61,259 nt of DNA, filler included, from Squatina squatina (GCA_031763465.1; 4 parts of 4 records of this genome joined end to end with filler, not necessarily neighbours in it); one strand, 5' to 3'. Shown: positions 39,794 to 53,444, counted from the first letter of the whole stretch. The notes: generated by a model not told the origin, from the sequence alone. A program made the numbers and translations.

Positions 39794-41241
39794 ATTGCGT
39801 GAACAGGAGAGGAAAGAGGCAGAAGAAGCTGTCCAAAAAGAGATAGAAGAATGGGAGAAGAATCTACGTGCCCTGGCTGAACCTACTCGCATGGAGACAC
39901 TTTGGGAGATCCCTGCCATTGGACATTTTCTGTGCCTGGCTCAGCAGATCCTTAATTTGCCTGAAATTGTCTATTTTGACCTTGAACGTTGCCTTCTAAT
40001 GCCCCAGTGTAGTAGTTTTCTGGCTAAGATAATGACTTCTTTACTGAGCCCTCACCATCGCCGAGCAACTTTGCACCGGAAGCCACCTTTGCCCTACAAA
40101 ATGTGGGAGGCGGCACTGAAACGAAGAGTACAGCATTGGTATGTAGTGGTCAGCCAGGCAGAAAATCCCAATCTTCAGGCTGAGAAACTGGGCCTTAGTC
40201 CACAGTTTTTCGAAGTTTTGGGGGAAACTAGCCCTTTGGAGATTAAGGCTTTCCACCAAATAACATTTTACAAGCGAGTTTGGCTGCTGAAGGGCTTGAG
40301 TGATTATGTATATGAAACCCAGAAAGAGGTCCAAGATGCAGTTTTAGGGCAGCCCATCCATGAATGCAGGGAAGTGGTATTGGGATATGATTCTCATGAG
40401 AATGCCTATGTCCATTTCCCACAGTTCTGTGGTGCAGACTTGCGGATTTACAAACAATTTCCTCTTCCACCCCCCGAGTTTCCTATTCCACCTATCAAAA
40501 TCTGCAGGATGTCACAACAGAGATCAGAGGAGGCAAAAAGATTTACTTTTGAAAGTCATGAAAAACCAAAAAGTGATGTAAAGGAAACCACTAGCAAAAC
40601 AACAAATGATTCTAAAAAATCCAATGAAGAAGTTGACTCCAGTGACCTGGAGGATTTTTATATAAGGGTGGAATCTGGTCCCCAGTTTCTTTCTCAAGAA
40701 GGTGAAGAAGAAACAAAATTTAACTGTGAATGTAAAAACCATAGAACTTCAGCAGTGAAAAAAGAAAATGTTGGTTCTTGTAAAGAAAACTTAGTGAAGC
40801 CTGCTAGCCCTGGAGAAGTTGTTGGGTATGGGGAACCTCTTAGCCCAGGAGAAATTAGGATAACTGAAAATGGGGAATTCTGTACAGATGACCCTGAGCT
40901 AAGAAAGGGTGTGAAACCGTTGACTGAGAAGGCAATCAAAAGCTGCAAAACACTTGTTAATGGGAGCCATACTGAAAGTTTGGATGTAAGCTGTCTGGTT
41001 GGTAAAATAAATAATATTTCTGCAAAACATTTCTTGGGAAAAATTGAGGAACTTGAGATGGTTAAACTGCATGTCAAGAAAAAGAAGAAGAAGAAAAAGA
41101 AACTGAAAGATGCTATGAATAAGATTTCACAGCTGAGGCCAGATATGGTTTGTCAAAACCCATTGAAGATTCGGAAGCCAGGGATCCAGAAGAAATCCCT
41201 ATTGCTAAAAAAGAAAACGAAACACAAAAAGCACAAGTCTG
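39794..41241 (+). CDS. BRD10: BRD10/KIAA2026 large exon (DDT-like and WHIM-like region, Lys-rich tract)
   Basis: ORF 39771-41246 trimmed to ttccag| and G|gttagt; splices in frame to the 38331-38531 exon. WEIPAIGHFLCLAQQILNLPEI, RVWLLKGL and YVHFPQFCGADLRIY are characteristic. Confidence 0.92.
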
Positions 41242-41559
41242 GTTAGTGGCCTCATGTTTTCTGTTTTGTAAGTAAATGAAAAGATAAGTGAAGCTATTAA
41301 GAGTACGTTTTTGAAATGGTTCATTTCTTGCCCCAAATCTTTAAAGGTGTACATGATATTCATTGCCATAACCGTGTCTGTTTCTTTAGTTCCTGTTACA
41401 TAAATAGAGATTAAGCATTGGGCCCCTTGAATATGTGTATCCAGTTAGCTGCCATAGGTGACCACTGCAAATGCATCATAATGCAGGTCTCAGGTTCAAC
41501 CACTTGGGTGAGATGCCAGAGGTTTGCTGACACCCGTGGAATCTTAACCCAGCACAAGT

Positions 41560-41905
41560 GAAATGTGTAAAATTCTTAGAGGGCAGATGTTGAGAGGCTG
41601 TTTCACTTGGCTGGGGAGCCTAGAACTAGGGGTCATGGTCTCGGGGCAAGAGGTCAGCCATTTAGGATTGAAATGAGGAGAAATTTCTTCACCCATAGGG
41701 TTGTGAAGCTTTGGCGTTCTCTATCACAGAGGGTTGTGGATGCTCAGTTGTTGAGTATAATCAAACTGAAATCAATAGATTTTTGGGCACTAAAGGAATC
41801 AAGGAATATGGGGATGGGATAGGAAAAGAAGTTCTGCCATGATCTTATTGAATGGCAGAGCAGGCTTGAGGGGCCATATGGCCTACTCCTGCTGTTATGT
41901 TTATG
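41560..41905 (+). mobile_element. CR1 LINE 3' end
   Basis: RTRGHGLGARGQPFRIEMRRNFFTHRVVKLW followed by the UTR ending ggcctactcctgct. Confidence 0.85.
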
Positions 41906-43166
41906 TGTCTCGCGACACCTTCAGGAAATGATAGAAAAGGGGCACATTTTTAACAAAACAAATTGGCGCGAAACAGCTGCAGGAAATTCTAGCTGTATTC
42001 ATGGAAGCTGAGTAGGCCTTTCAGTCCATCAAGCCTCCTGTGCTATTTTGTTTGTGATGGCAGCTGTATCTTTTTAACCTCAATTCTTTGTCTTTTCTCC
42101 ATGTCTTTAATACCCTTGCTTCTTGAGTCCTTGTTCTGGATTTTTTGCTAGAGTAGAGTCGTTTCCTAACTACCTGTTGTCTATCTTCATTTTGAGTAAC
42201 TCGGTCAGATCCCCATTTAATTCGCTCATATTCAGAAATATAATTCACCTTTATCATAACAGCCAAGTCGTTGCATCCCAGCTATCATCCTTATGAATTG
42301 ATGTTAGACTTTCTCTGTGTTCTATTTAAGGGTTTTCTCCTGTTTTCTTCTAACTCTTGATTTTTTTGTATTACTCCTACTGGTGTACCAGTGTCCTATG
42401 ACCTCTAGTTTCTTCACTAGCCCTATTGTCTAGGTAATCTTTTGGTAATGTCTCTCAGTTTGTTACAATAAATCGCATCTACCATTACTTTGCCACTCGT
42501 TTCATTTGGCTGTGCCTTTGCAATTTTCTGTACTCTCCTTCACAGTTCATTATATCTCCTAGTTTAATATCATCATCTGCAAACTTTGATATACTTCCCT
42601 TTATTTCCAAATCCAGGCCATTTATATACAGTGAAAATCTGGGGCACTAGCACTGATCCCTGGGGAACATAGCTACCCAATCCAAGAATGTAATATTTTA
42701 GCCCAACCTTCCAAACAATTTCATATCCATATCACACGCTGTTACCTTTTAAATGTTATGCATCTCAATGTTAGCTGGTAATCTCCTTGAAGTCTCATCA
42801 AATATATGCTGAGAATCGAGTATATGACATCCATTGATCCTCCTTTATCCACTACCTCAGCAACTCTAAGGGCTCTACTTAGTTTTAGATATGACCTAAT
42901 GTGACAAATTACTTTTTGTCTGTATTAGACTTTTGATGTGGATTCATTATTGCTAGAAACAGTATGTAAGGGGCTTGACATCGCTATTTCTCAACAGAAG
43001 GACCATTAGCTCCAACCAGGCAGGTTGGTTGCAGACGGTTCTACATGGTGCCAGTTTCAGTGGCNNNNNNNNNNNNNNNNNNNNNNNNNNNNNNNNNNNN
43101 NNNNNNNNNNNNNNNNNNNNNNNNNNNNNNNNNNNNNNNNNNNNNNNNNNNNNNNNNNNNNNNNAG

Positions 43167-43282
43167 GAAAAATGGTTTTACAGACGACAAGCTTTAAAAG
43201 ATTTACATAGTACCCTAGGACGACTGTTGAATGAACTGTTGCCGTGGGAACAAAAGCTAATCAAGGCTTATCAGAGAAATCG
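43167..43282 (+). CDS. BRD10: BRD10/KIAA2026 internal exon
   Basis: KWFYRRQALKDLHSTLGRLLNELLPWEQKLIKAYQRNR|gtaatt matches recalled KIAA2026. The acceptor ag is the first 2 nt after a gap. Confidence 0.85.
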
Positions 43283-43941
43283 GTAATTTTTGCACAGATG
43301 TGTCTTTTTTTTCCCTCATGTCCTCTCCCTATTCTGACACTTGTAGGCAATTAATCATGCTGGGGAGCAGTTTCACAGCTCTACAGTAATGTGGCCAAGT
43401 GGCTGTTCCTCATAGAATCATAAAACGTTGCAGCACCGAAACAGATCATTTGGCCCCTCAAGGTGCTCTTCTCCATGAGGTACTTCAATTAATCCCATTT
43501 TCCTGCCCACTTCCCATACTGTTTAACTTTCTTTTTCAAGCAATTATTTAACTTCCTTCTGAAAGAATTTATGGCCTCTGCTTCAATAATAGTTTGTGGT
43601 GCATAATTCCACATTCTAGGAAAAAATACTTTTTTTCTAAACTCCCCTTAATTCTTTTTGTGATCATCTTAAATTTGGACGGCATGCCTATTCATTACTA
43701 GTCCTCTACCAGCATCCATAGGTAGACTTTCAAGAGGACTCACTGGATAGCAATCAGGACGGAAGGCTTGGCTGATTCCGGCTCTTTCAGGTCGGCCAGG
43801 AAACAATGTTCGTGCTATCTGTGTGGGCTAGAGTGTGCTGATATGACCTGCTTGCATGTATGAGGGACTACCTGAAATATGTGGCTTTGGGAGAAATTGG
43901 AGAAAAACATGTCTGTATAACCTATTATTGATTGTGTATGC

Positions 43942-44041
43942 NNNNNNNNNNNNNNNNNNNNNNNNNNNNNNNNNNNNNNNNNNNNTTAATTAATTAANNN
44001 NNNNNNNNNNNNNNNNNNNNNNNNNNNNNNNNNNNNNNNNN
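43942..44041. other. Artificial spacer 44N-TTAATTAATTAA-44N
   Basis: Same construct as the other two. Confidence 0.97.
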
Positions 44042-44724
44042 CACCTCTAATACCAGTGGTGGGTTACCAGTAGTACTGGAGGAGAACATACACATCTAAT
44101 GGCAGTGGAGGGGTACCAGTAGTACTGGAGCAGCACAGTCAATAGTAATGTTGTATCAGTGCTACCACTATTACCATAGGAGCACATTCAAGCACAGGTA
44201 TACTATGAGTACCTGAGAAGCAGGGACCCACCTCGTGTAAGTTCAGCATACCATTACTACGCGAGGAGACGGTCACCTTTAATACTGCAGGCCTGGGTTC
44301 TTCACCAATAATGCAGGGTGTGTTTCTGTGCCTGTTCTGGAGAACTTGGTGACCAGGAGTGAATCAAGGGCTGGGTCTTGATGATTAATACCAGGGCAGC
44401 TGCCAGCAGCAGTACAGCAGAAATAGGCTCAGCACTAACACTGTAAGATTTCACGTTCCATTTGAACACAATGTTTTATTTGTGTATTTTTTAAAACTTT
44501 ACAATAATAATTTCACATATTTCTCAATCTGAAGCATCAGGCAAGAATAACAACTTATTAACTTAGAGATCTGAGTCTATTTGTTAAATTACTGTAACTA
44601 ATGCTAATTATGATTTAAGCTGATTGACTCACTTGAGGATTGATGTGTGGATAAATATCGGTTCCATTACATGCACTTGTCAGAGACTTTCATATCCTGC
44701 AGAATTCATCCATTCTCAAAGAAA

Positions 44725-44794
44725 ATGGGGCGCCCAGCTATTCTGCTGATAAAAGAGATTTACTATCCGATTCTCGCAGCTGTCGGTGTGCCCG
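44725..44794 (+). CDS. GPR139/GPR142-like GPCR, exon 1 (MGRPAILLIKEIYYPILAAVGVP)
   Basis: 70 bp from ATG to G|gtgaga, phase 1. Supplies the YYPxLAxxGVP start of TM1; missed by the ORF track. Confidence 0.85.
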
Positions 44795-45223
44795 GTGAGA
44801 CATTGTGACCTGTTTGTTGTTAGTCGGTGTTTACAGTCTCCTTGTTCACTCTTGGATAAGGTAACCGGTTTTCTAGATGTCAGCATTACTCTGTCGGTGG
44901 TGACTGGAACCAACTCATGAACTGTGTGTCTGTACTTGCCATGTTCCCCTTAACCAATAACCTTACTGAAGTTACAAAGCGATTTGAAGCTCTGACAGAA
45001 GAATTTTAGCAGGTTCCGGACCATCTTGTTACCCCGTGAAGAGTGAGCGCTGCAGCAGCTCATTACAATGTGTGGGTGGGTTTTCCAGGTAATGGCTCCA
45101 AAACTAATCCTGTTCTCACACTTGTCCGTGTTGATAATCACACTGAATGATATTAAGTGTTATCTCCATATATATTTCAATCAGACACTGGGACAGTATT
45201 TCTCTCCTCTCTCTTTCTTACAG

Positions 45224-46128
45224 CGAATATGTTGACTATTGTGATTCTCTCCCGAGGAAACTGCGGCCTTTCCAAGTGTATCTCTGTCTACATGGCGGCC
45301 ATGGCAACAGCAGATCTACTGGTCATGATCATCAATGTACTGGTATATTATATTTTCAGTTATCACTTTCCACTGTCCTTCCTATACCAGACTCCTGTGT
45401 GTAAGTTCATTCTGTACATGACTGCTGTCACCTTCGATCTGTCTGTTTGGTTCACCGTCTCCTTCACCTTTGACCGATTTGTAGTTATTTGCTGCCAGAA
45501 GTTTAAAGCAAAGTATTGCACCGAGAGAACTGCAGCCGCGGTTATAACAACGTTCTCTGTTTTCAGTTTTTTCAGGAATATTCCCTTTTTGTTTATCTAT
45601 GGACCTCAGCAAATTATTAACAAGGTGCAGTGGGGCTGCGGGCCAAGTGTTGCTTTTGTATCCTCCCCTCTTGGTGCAGGTTGTATCTGGTTTCACAGCA
45701 TCTGGGTCGTTTGGCTTCCTTTTACTTTAATTGTCTTGTTTAATTCTTTAACCGTCCACCGGATTTTAGTGGCCAGTAGAGCCCGCAGGGGCCTCCAGGG
45801 TCACAGGAGTGAGAATCACAGCGATACAGAGAGGGAGAGCCGAAGGAAATCCATCATTTTACTCTTCGCTATATCGGGCTGTTTTATACTGTTGTGGCTG
45901 ACAGGTGCAGTGACTTTTGTATCTACCAGACTGTCAAACCCCACTTATTACCGAGGTGACCACACAAACCCAGCTTATATCGCCACTGAAATCGGAGCCA
46001 TGCTGAAGTTTTTGAGTTCAATTCAAAACCCGTGCATTTATGCAGCGACACAAGGGAAGTTCAGAGAGGAGCAAAAGAATGTGGTGAAATCTTCCTGGAC
46101 ACTCGTTCTGAGATTAGTTAGAAAATAA
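45224..46128 (+). CDS. GPR139/GPR142-like class A GPCR, exon 2 (spliced product 324 aa)
   Basis: Strong acceptor ctctttcttacag. TM segments, ADLLV (TM2), FDRF (TM3), NPCIY (TM7), conserved Cys; open to TAA at 46128. Exon 1 + exon 2 = 975 nt. Confidence 0.9.
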
Positions 46129-47319
46129 GAATAAAAAGAATCAAGTCAAAGACAAGTTTTTTGTCGCTGAAGTTAAATGTCAGCTTCCTTTTCCATCGTA
46201 GAACCACCTTCTTTCTGCTCATGTGAAAAATGGTCAGTTCTTGTCTGCACATTTCCTCCATTTTGTGTAATGCATTTGATGTCTGTATTTCATTCGATTT
46301 TCCTGCTTCTTTCGCGAAGGAAACACAAGGTATTCTTTGAGATTTAGCACATCTCATGTTCAGGTATCAGAGGTAGCAATAATGAGCTTCAGCAGTGGAG
46401 TGGGACAGGTGAGTAACAGAGGGATCCACCTTACACAGCAGGTACTGGGACCGGGTGTGTCACTTTAAAATCATCAATAACGTTTCATTCAGTGCAGAAA
46501 CAACCAAAGGTCTTGCGATCGCTGATATTGGTAACTTTGCTGGAGGTTTGGTGTGAAGATTGCAGATGCAGTTCTCTCCAAGGGGCACCATTCGGCATTG
46601 GCAAACAGAGCGGGCTCTTGTCACGTGATCAGAGTGAGAATGGAGGAAACAGTCCGAACTTATTCATCGATTTGACCTTTCAACTCTTATGTCCCAGATA
46701 CTGAAATAATATGTCGATGGTGCACCGGCTGGTGACTCTCACTCAGCACAAAGATGGAGTCTGTTCTTGGTTTGTGCTGTCGATAAAAGTGGCATGAGTA
46801 ATATTAATGATATTCTCTCTCAATCTATCTCTTAATCAAAATAATAAACTAATAATAAAAGAAATAATTGTTCATAAAATCATTAACTATTACATTTGAT
46901 GCAAGTTCTCTGCAAAACATACGTTGCCAGAAATTCAAATAAAATCCAAGTGATATTCAGTATCCTGTGCTTGGCTGAACATTTCCAGACGATGGGCAAG
47001 AATCTTTGCTAACTACCATCTTATTATGTGGTCGCACGCTATTGGACATAATAATTGAAAAATCCCAGCAACTTTAAACTGTCCATTGGTGATCTTGCCT
47101 CATTGTGCGAGGAACACCATGAAATGGGAGCTGGTTCTCAATGGGAAGGAGTGGAAGGGTGTGGAAGGACAAGGAGCAACAGGGAGACAAATATTAATTC
47201 CACGAAAACACTGTTGCAGGTGGGTAAATCCAAGAGGAAACCAATAGAATTTTGTATTGCACAGATATGGGCATTGATCACAATAAAAAACACCTTCACA
47301 AAACGCTGGAGACGCCACC

Positions 47320-47850
47320 GTTAGAATACCAGGTACAGATTCGGTCCCTCATTTTGGAAAGATCATTAAATCCACTGAGAGCTGGCAATGTCGATACATC
47401 AGGATGTTGCCCTGGATCAGAACTATACTGATGATGAGCTCAGGCAAGATATTGGAAACTATGTCTACTGGAGCAGGAAACTGGAGCAGCGATAACGATG
47501 AGGAGGGTTAATAGGGGTTTGAAACATTATGAACAGTGTCGACTGAGTAAAGTGGGTGAGATTAACCATCTCGTCCTTGAGTCAGCGATAAAGGATGATC
47601 GGTTTAATGTTCACAAAGGGAATGAGCAGAGATGTTAGCAGACATTTCTTTATGTAAAAGAAGTAGCAGTAGGAATGTTTAGCCTCAGAGAATAGTTAAC
47701 AGAAAATTACATGAATATCTGAAACAGAGGAAATAAATGTCTGTGGAGAGAGCGGAGGACAGTGGGGGTAGTTTTTATTGCAGGATCAAAGAAACCTCTA
47801 CGAAGAGATTGGATCAATAAATATTCTCCCACCCGGGATATTTCTATGAT
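47320..47850 (+). mobile_element. Old, degenerate CR1 3' portion
   Basis: Weak residual similarity (ttagaatac...cagattcggtc, ctactggagcag, acatttcttt, ttctatgatt tail). Boundaries approximate. Confidence 0.5.
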
Positions 47851-49046
47851 TTTAATGTTTTAGCTATGTTGCTGTCATTTTCATTTTATTGGTTTATAAG
47901 ATATCCTAACCCCCGTTGAGATTCTATTAAAAAACCTTTAATAATAAGCTGCTACTAAGGAAGATCGCAGAGGTCCCATTGTTATCCATTCCTTAATGTC
48001 ATACACATTGGCATTTGTCGATAATTTACCTTCATTTTCTAATTAACTTGCCTGTTTCAGCTTTCCCCATCCCATCCCATAATTCCACACCGTTTGATGA
48101 TGTGGAACCTTGTATGTTAATCGGTAAAATCCGACTGGGTCATTCCAACTGCAGGGTGGTGTTTCAGAAACTGCAGTACAGTAGAGAAAGATGGCACATC
48201 GTCCCTCAAACCATGATAACTCCCTATTACATCGATCCTCTCCAGGTGCTCACCCACTCGATCTCTGCTGTCCTTATTTTATGCACTGGGATTATTTCAG
48301 CCACTATCGGATCCTCAGGAATCTTCTCAAATTTAGTAAACTTGCAACAGTAAAGTTGCAAGTAAAGCAGTAAAGCGGGACTCCTATCAGTTCCCATTCA
48401 TTGATCTCACGTTGTCAGTGTGCCTGGATTCCAGGTTGTTATCTTACATGGTTCAACTACAGTTGAAAATCCCTTCATCACTGTTGTTCCAACATCACTC
48501 CTTCAATGATTCACTTGTGATATACTCCGGATATTTATGAAATGGATTGTGTTAATCCTTATAAGCTTCCTGCTAATTTTCTCCATTCCTGAAAAATTCC
48601 CTTACTCCTTAAAAATGCCTCCCGTATAATGATTGTTGCTGCGGTGCATCTCATTCTCTTTTAAAGGGCTCAATAAATTATAATTCCACACTCCGTAACA
48701 CTAGCTTAACTAATTTCTGCTTTTGTACATGAGCTTGTTTCTCCAAGACTTCCATCACTGCCCGAGTCTCACACACACAGCAGGTGGTTTATCCAGAAAT
48801 TGCGGATGTGCTGCCTCAGCTTTCATTCCACTGATATTAATGATAGACAATCAGGCTCAATTGCAGCAGTGTAGATTCATACTGCCCTGGCGCAGGCCAT
48901 TCGGCCTACCGTGCCTCTCCCGGCTCTTTGAAATAGGCATCCAATGAGTCCACCTCTCTGCACTCTCCACATAGATCAGCAAACATTTCCTTTTCAATTA
49001 CATCTCCAATTCCCTTTTTAACATTACTGTTCTTATAAAGAAGTCA

Positions 49047-49635
49047 GCAATGGCCCGGTGGCAGCACTCTCGCCCCTGAGTCACAAAGTCGTGGGTAAAG
49101 TCCCGCTCCAGAAACGGAAACCCAAAATCCATGCACTCTCGCCCCTGAGTCACAAAGTCGTGGGTAAAGTCCCGCTCCAGAAACATAAACCCAAAATCCA
49201 GCACTCTCGCCCCTGAGTCACAAAGTCGTGGGGAAAGTCCTGCTCCAGAAATGTAAACCCAAAATCCATGCTTGATACATCAAAGCAGTAGTGAGGGAGT
49301 GCTGCACTGCCAGAAGTGCTGCTTTTAGAATTAGATTTTTAACCGAAGCCTGCCCTCCCAGGTGTGCATAAATGATCTCTTGGCATTATTTCAAAGTAGA
49401 ACTGGAGAGGTTTCCCCAGAGTCCTGGTCAAAATTTCTCACTCAACGGACACCATTGAATTAGATTTGCTGGTCACCATTGCATTGCTGTTCTTGGGATC
49501 TTTGTGTGCACAAATTGACTGCTACCTTTTCGACATGACAAAAGTGACACATATTGAAAAGTATTTTGTTGGTCGTACTGTGCATTAGAACATCCAGATA
49601 TAGTGAAAGGCGATATAGAAACATAGGACTTTCTC
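49047..49635 (+). mobile_element. SacSINE1-like SINE with a triplicated head
   Basis: Deu core gagggagtgctgcactgccagaagtgct and tail gaaaggcgatatagaaac; three 68-69 bp head units start at 49064, 49133 and 49201. Confidence 0.75.
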
Positions 49636-52009
49636 TTAAATCTGCTTCCATTAGCATGTCAGGCATTGCAGTCCAGATCGTAACAAACCACAGTGCAAAA
49701 CAGTCTCCTAAATTTCCTCCTGGTTCTTCTGCCAACTACATTAAATCTGCATCTTCCGATTACCAACCAAACTGGAAGTGGAAACAATTTCACTCTATTT
49801 ACACAAAGCCTGCATAATTTTGAAAACATCCATCACATCTCCTCTGTCGAGGACTCGTCCCGTTTTTAGCCATGTCGAGAACTTTAATGTAATTCATTTG
49901 TACTAGGAAAGACAAACAGAAGAGGGCATCCACGAGGCATTGAGGGGCGAGGGACTGCCCAACCTGGGAAAATATAGAAGCAAGCAATCAGTGGGCGTGT
50001 GCGATTCAAACTGGAGAAGACTGGACAATCCTGAATAATGTGTTTTCTCCCAGTATCGGGGAATGGGTCACAATGTTCCTAATGGAGAAGGTCTACTTAA
50101 GAGTGGGCCACAGCAAGAGCTTCAGAGGTTCATGTCAGAACTGACGTAGGAAACAACAGGGTTCCGGTTCTATAAACACTGGCTCATCAATTATATTGAC
50201 ACACAGGAACTCAAAGGAAGGAACGAGCCTGAACCAGCTTTCATTTGGTGAAGTTCGGCTGCATTTCGAAGATGGAAGGAAGTTGTTGTGGATGCCTGAC
50301 TGATCCAGTGACTAAACCACTTTCGGGAAAATGGATCAATTTCACTTCCTGTGTTACTATAAGAAAATTACCCACATAGTACGGTCTGTGAATTTAAGGC
50401 CGAGGCTGATAGGAGCTAATGCCCGCATTAAGCAGAAACGTAAAATTCAGAAGTGGATTAATCTAGAGTAAGAGGGATAGAACATAGTGAAAAGTATTAA
50501 AGGGATCTATAATCTTGCCCGTAAACTCAACAGTGATCTTAATGTAAGGCATTAAGTAACGAGTGTGAAAGGAAACATAATACTCTTTAATACAGTGAGG
50601 GCAATTTTTTTACATCTTGATTCATCCAGTTACATACTTAGAACACAAAAAATACGCACCGATTATCAATGACTCGTGTTCATCTGATATTATAAATTTG
50701 TTCTGTGATCATTTTATTTTACTCTACGTTTCACATTTACAGTTCTAGAATTTTTGATAATTAATTGACATGTTCTGTCTCATATAATTTCGAGTGCTAA
50801 TATTGATGTTTCTACTTTCGGAACTGTACATACATATGTGCTACATTGATAATCAAATGAAAAGGTTCGGAGTCTTTGAAATTCAGAATTTACAGCTTTG
50901 AAATTACATGCACAATGTTTGCTGATAATTCACTGTGTGACAATAAACTATCAAATCTCTCAGTACACATGTGCGCAAATCTTTTACAAATAAATAATTT
51001 CACAAAATGGCATCAGGTACAGTGCAACACCTTGACGCGATATAATGATACGATTTTGTTACTGCTAAAGATAACGAAATATAATTATTTAATATATTTT
51101 GCACACCCTTTCCAACAATATTTGCGAGTACCATGGAGCGTAGCTTTTTTCTCTACTTTCCCCAGACACCATGTCTCCACTTGTACCGTAAACCAGCATT
51201 GAGCACTTTCAGATCAAATACAGGACCAGCTGGAGGTTCTTTTACTTAATGCTTATATTCTGTCTCACCTGAATTAACGTGGGCCACTCCCAGAACAGAG
51301 CAGGTTATTTGCAGTGCGGAACTTCTTGTAATTTAAACTGACAGTAAACCTGCGAGTCGCACGTAAAATCCTTGTAGTGAAATTAGGAGCAGTTCCACAA
51401 ACATCACCAAATTTATTCTGGAGTGGGCATTGAACTAATCTGCTCGCTCAGCGATTCTATCAAGTGATTAGCTGGGCCATTCAGTGAACGATGGTTCTGG
51501 ATAGACTCTAATATAACTGGCGTGTTCCCACAGAGGTGAACTTGTCACCAGCAGTCGTGTGATAAGCAATTGATAAATCACCCAAACTTCTCTCTCAATG
51601 TGACCAGTGCTGTAAGTGTGACATTGTGGAGCTCCGTGAAGGCAAGGGTGAGCCGTGAATTAATTACTTTACACTTTATCCTCACGGGTCAACCTGTCAA
51701 AAAAGTTTGATTCAGATTCAGTTTTGGGCTATGAACCATCAAGGTTGGGCTGCGGCAGGAAATGGGAACCGGATCGGTGAGAACAGTTTACCGACAATTT
51801 TAGAAATTCAAATACATATCAGAAACATGGCCACGTCATCACTGAGAGGAGAGGGAACGGAACAAGATGTGCTGATTCCGAACTGCGGATCAGGAGTGAT
51901 TTCTGTGCAATCCATGCAATTGGGACTGAGTGACTGTTGTTCTTCAACAAACCTTAATGTTATAGAAGTTCAGGGTCAACCAAAGGGAACTGTGGAATTT
52001 ACTAACTTT

Positions 52010-52796
52010 TTACACTGAGATGAAAACCAGCGCCGTAGCAACCACACAAAGCCAGATGCGGATATTATAGCCCTCCAGCCACCTCAATACCACTACTCGC
52101 TTCCCATCTTTGTGGTTTTCAACCATCACCTTGGTTACCAGGAACCCCTCAGCCATGAGGGAAGTCTTCGTACGATATATCCAGGAGGTTGTCGGTCCGG
52201 CTCCAAACAACTCGCAGGTTGCAGGCAGAACCTCCTCACATAAAGGGAATGGAGTACTTTTAGATTCGGACCATAAAGCGTGTTTAGATCAAACAAGGTG
52301 TTAGGCTTTGTGGTCTTCTCAGTAAAACCAAACGCAATGCTTCTATTAACAGACGGGGAAACAGCATTTTGGTTAATCCCTTCTCAGCCATGGAAAGCTT
52401 TTTAATCCCCCTGTTAGCATATTGTGCTGAACTGATAGAATCACCTCTTAGATTGTCGATGACAGCAGATGGAAGATAATGGAAACTGTTAAAGTTGAAA
52501 CGCTGTGCTTTGATTGAGTCAGTGGGACCGTGCAGTCTAACTGCCTCATTGGTGTCTGTATAGAGAACTGTAAACTCTCCACTAACCGATAACATGCGCT
52601 GACTTCTCAGCCCACTCGGTACCAAGTTTAACTCTGCAGAGCTCCAGGCTGCATCAAATGTTTTGTTTTTGCCTTCTCTCTTCTTTGATGTAGTTTGTGG
52701 CTATTTTCTCTGAAACCAGGCTCTGAGTGATGATGTAAGCTGCTTAGATTTTTCGCCATGTCCAGTTGGATGACTTCTTTTCTAGTTGTTTCTGCT
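52010..52796 (-). pseudogene. Ecto-ADP-ribosyltransferase (ARTC family) pseudogene, main exon
   Basis: Across frameshifts: QLDMAKN, TFDAAWSSA, YTDTNEAVR, FNFNSFHYL, ANRG, NRSIAFGF, TLFDLNTLYG, FPLCEEVL..CELF, FLVTK, then hydrophobic end IWLCVVATALVFISV. This is the ARTC motif order. Confidence 0.82.
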
Positions 52797-53444
52797 TGTT
52801 GTGATGTATTTATTTACTTTAAGAACCACCACTCGAGTCTGCGAATTTCCGTAAAGCAATGTTCGAGCAATTGCAAATGCAAAGAGGCCTCTAACAGTAC
52901 AAGAGCCAATCTCAAATATACAAGGTCTTCAGTGTACATTTATAACAGTTCTGAGCTGACACAGGCTACCAGTCTTTGGGCGTGGACTTCACCTGGAAAC
53001 AAAGACTGCTAGCTTCTCACTCTTGATTAAAGGGACGTGCTGCCCCCGTGACCCCAGCAGATGGACTGTGCTAATCTAACTGTCCCTGATATCTCAACCT
53101 CAGCCTCGGAGGAACTTTAACTCCATGTAGCTAATCGGTTGTGATGGGTGTTCGCATCTCCTCCTTATCTTCATGTCATTAAGTCAAACTAGGCTGTCTG
53201 TGTCATCCCTTGTGCTCATTAAAATGTTTTGAGAACCTTTGTACCAGGCTGTGTTAGAAGCCTTCAGAATATGTATTCGGGTAAGTATCCCATCAAGCTT
53301 TACAGCAGTGGTAGCCATTTTGTTAACTTAATGTCTAATGTATCCACAGACTTTATATGGTTACTGTATTAAGTATTTAAGCACCGCCACTACAATGTTA
53401 GTTTTTTTTAACTTTAAATCTCTAATCCTTCATGACCCACTTCA
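52797..53444 (-). repeat. 3' LTR (648 bp)
   Basis: Direct repeat of 56979-57619, e.g. shared taagtatcccatcaagctttacagcagtggtag. TATA-like motif near 52940. Confidence 0.9.

Noticed and set aside
45157-45223. ORF-track N-terminus of the GPCR
   Set aside because: It is the intron 3' end (polypyrimidine tract + cag); the upstream exon supplies a proper TM1 start.
48000-48700. Possible decayed coding sequence or signal peptide (MKWIVLILISFLLIFSIP)
   Set aside because: Short, no recognisable family, stops in all long frames.
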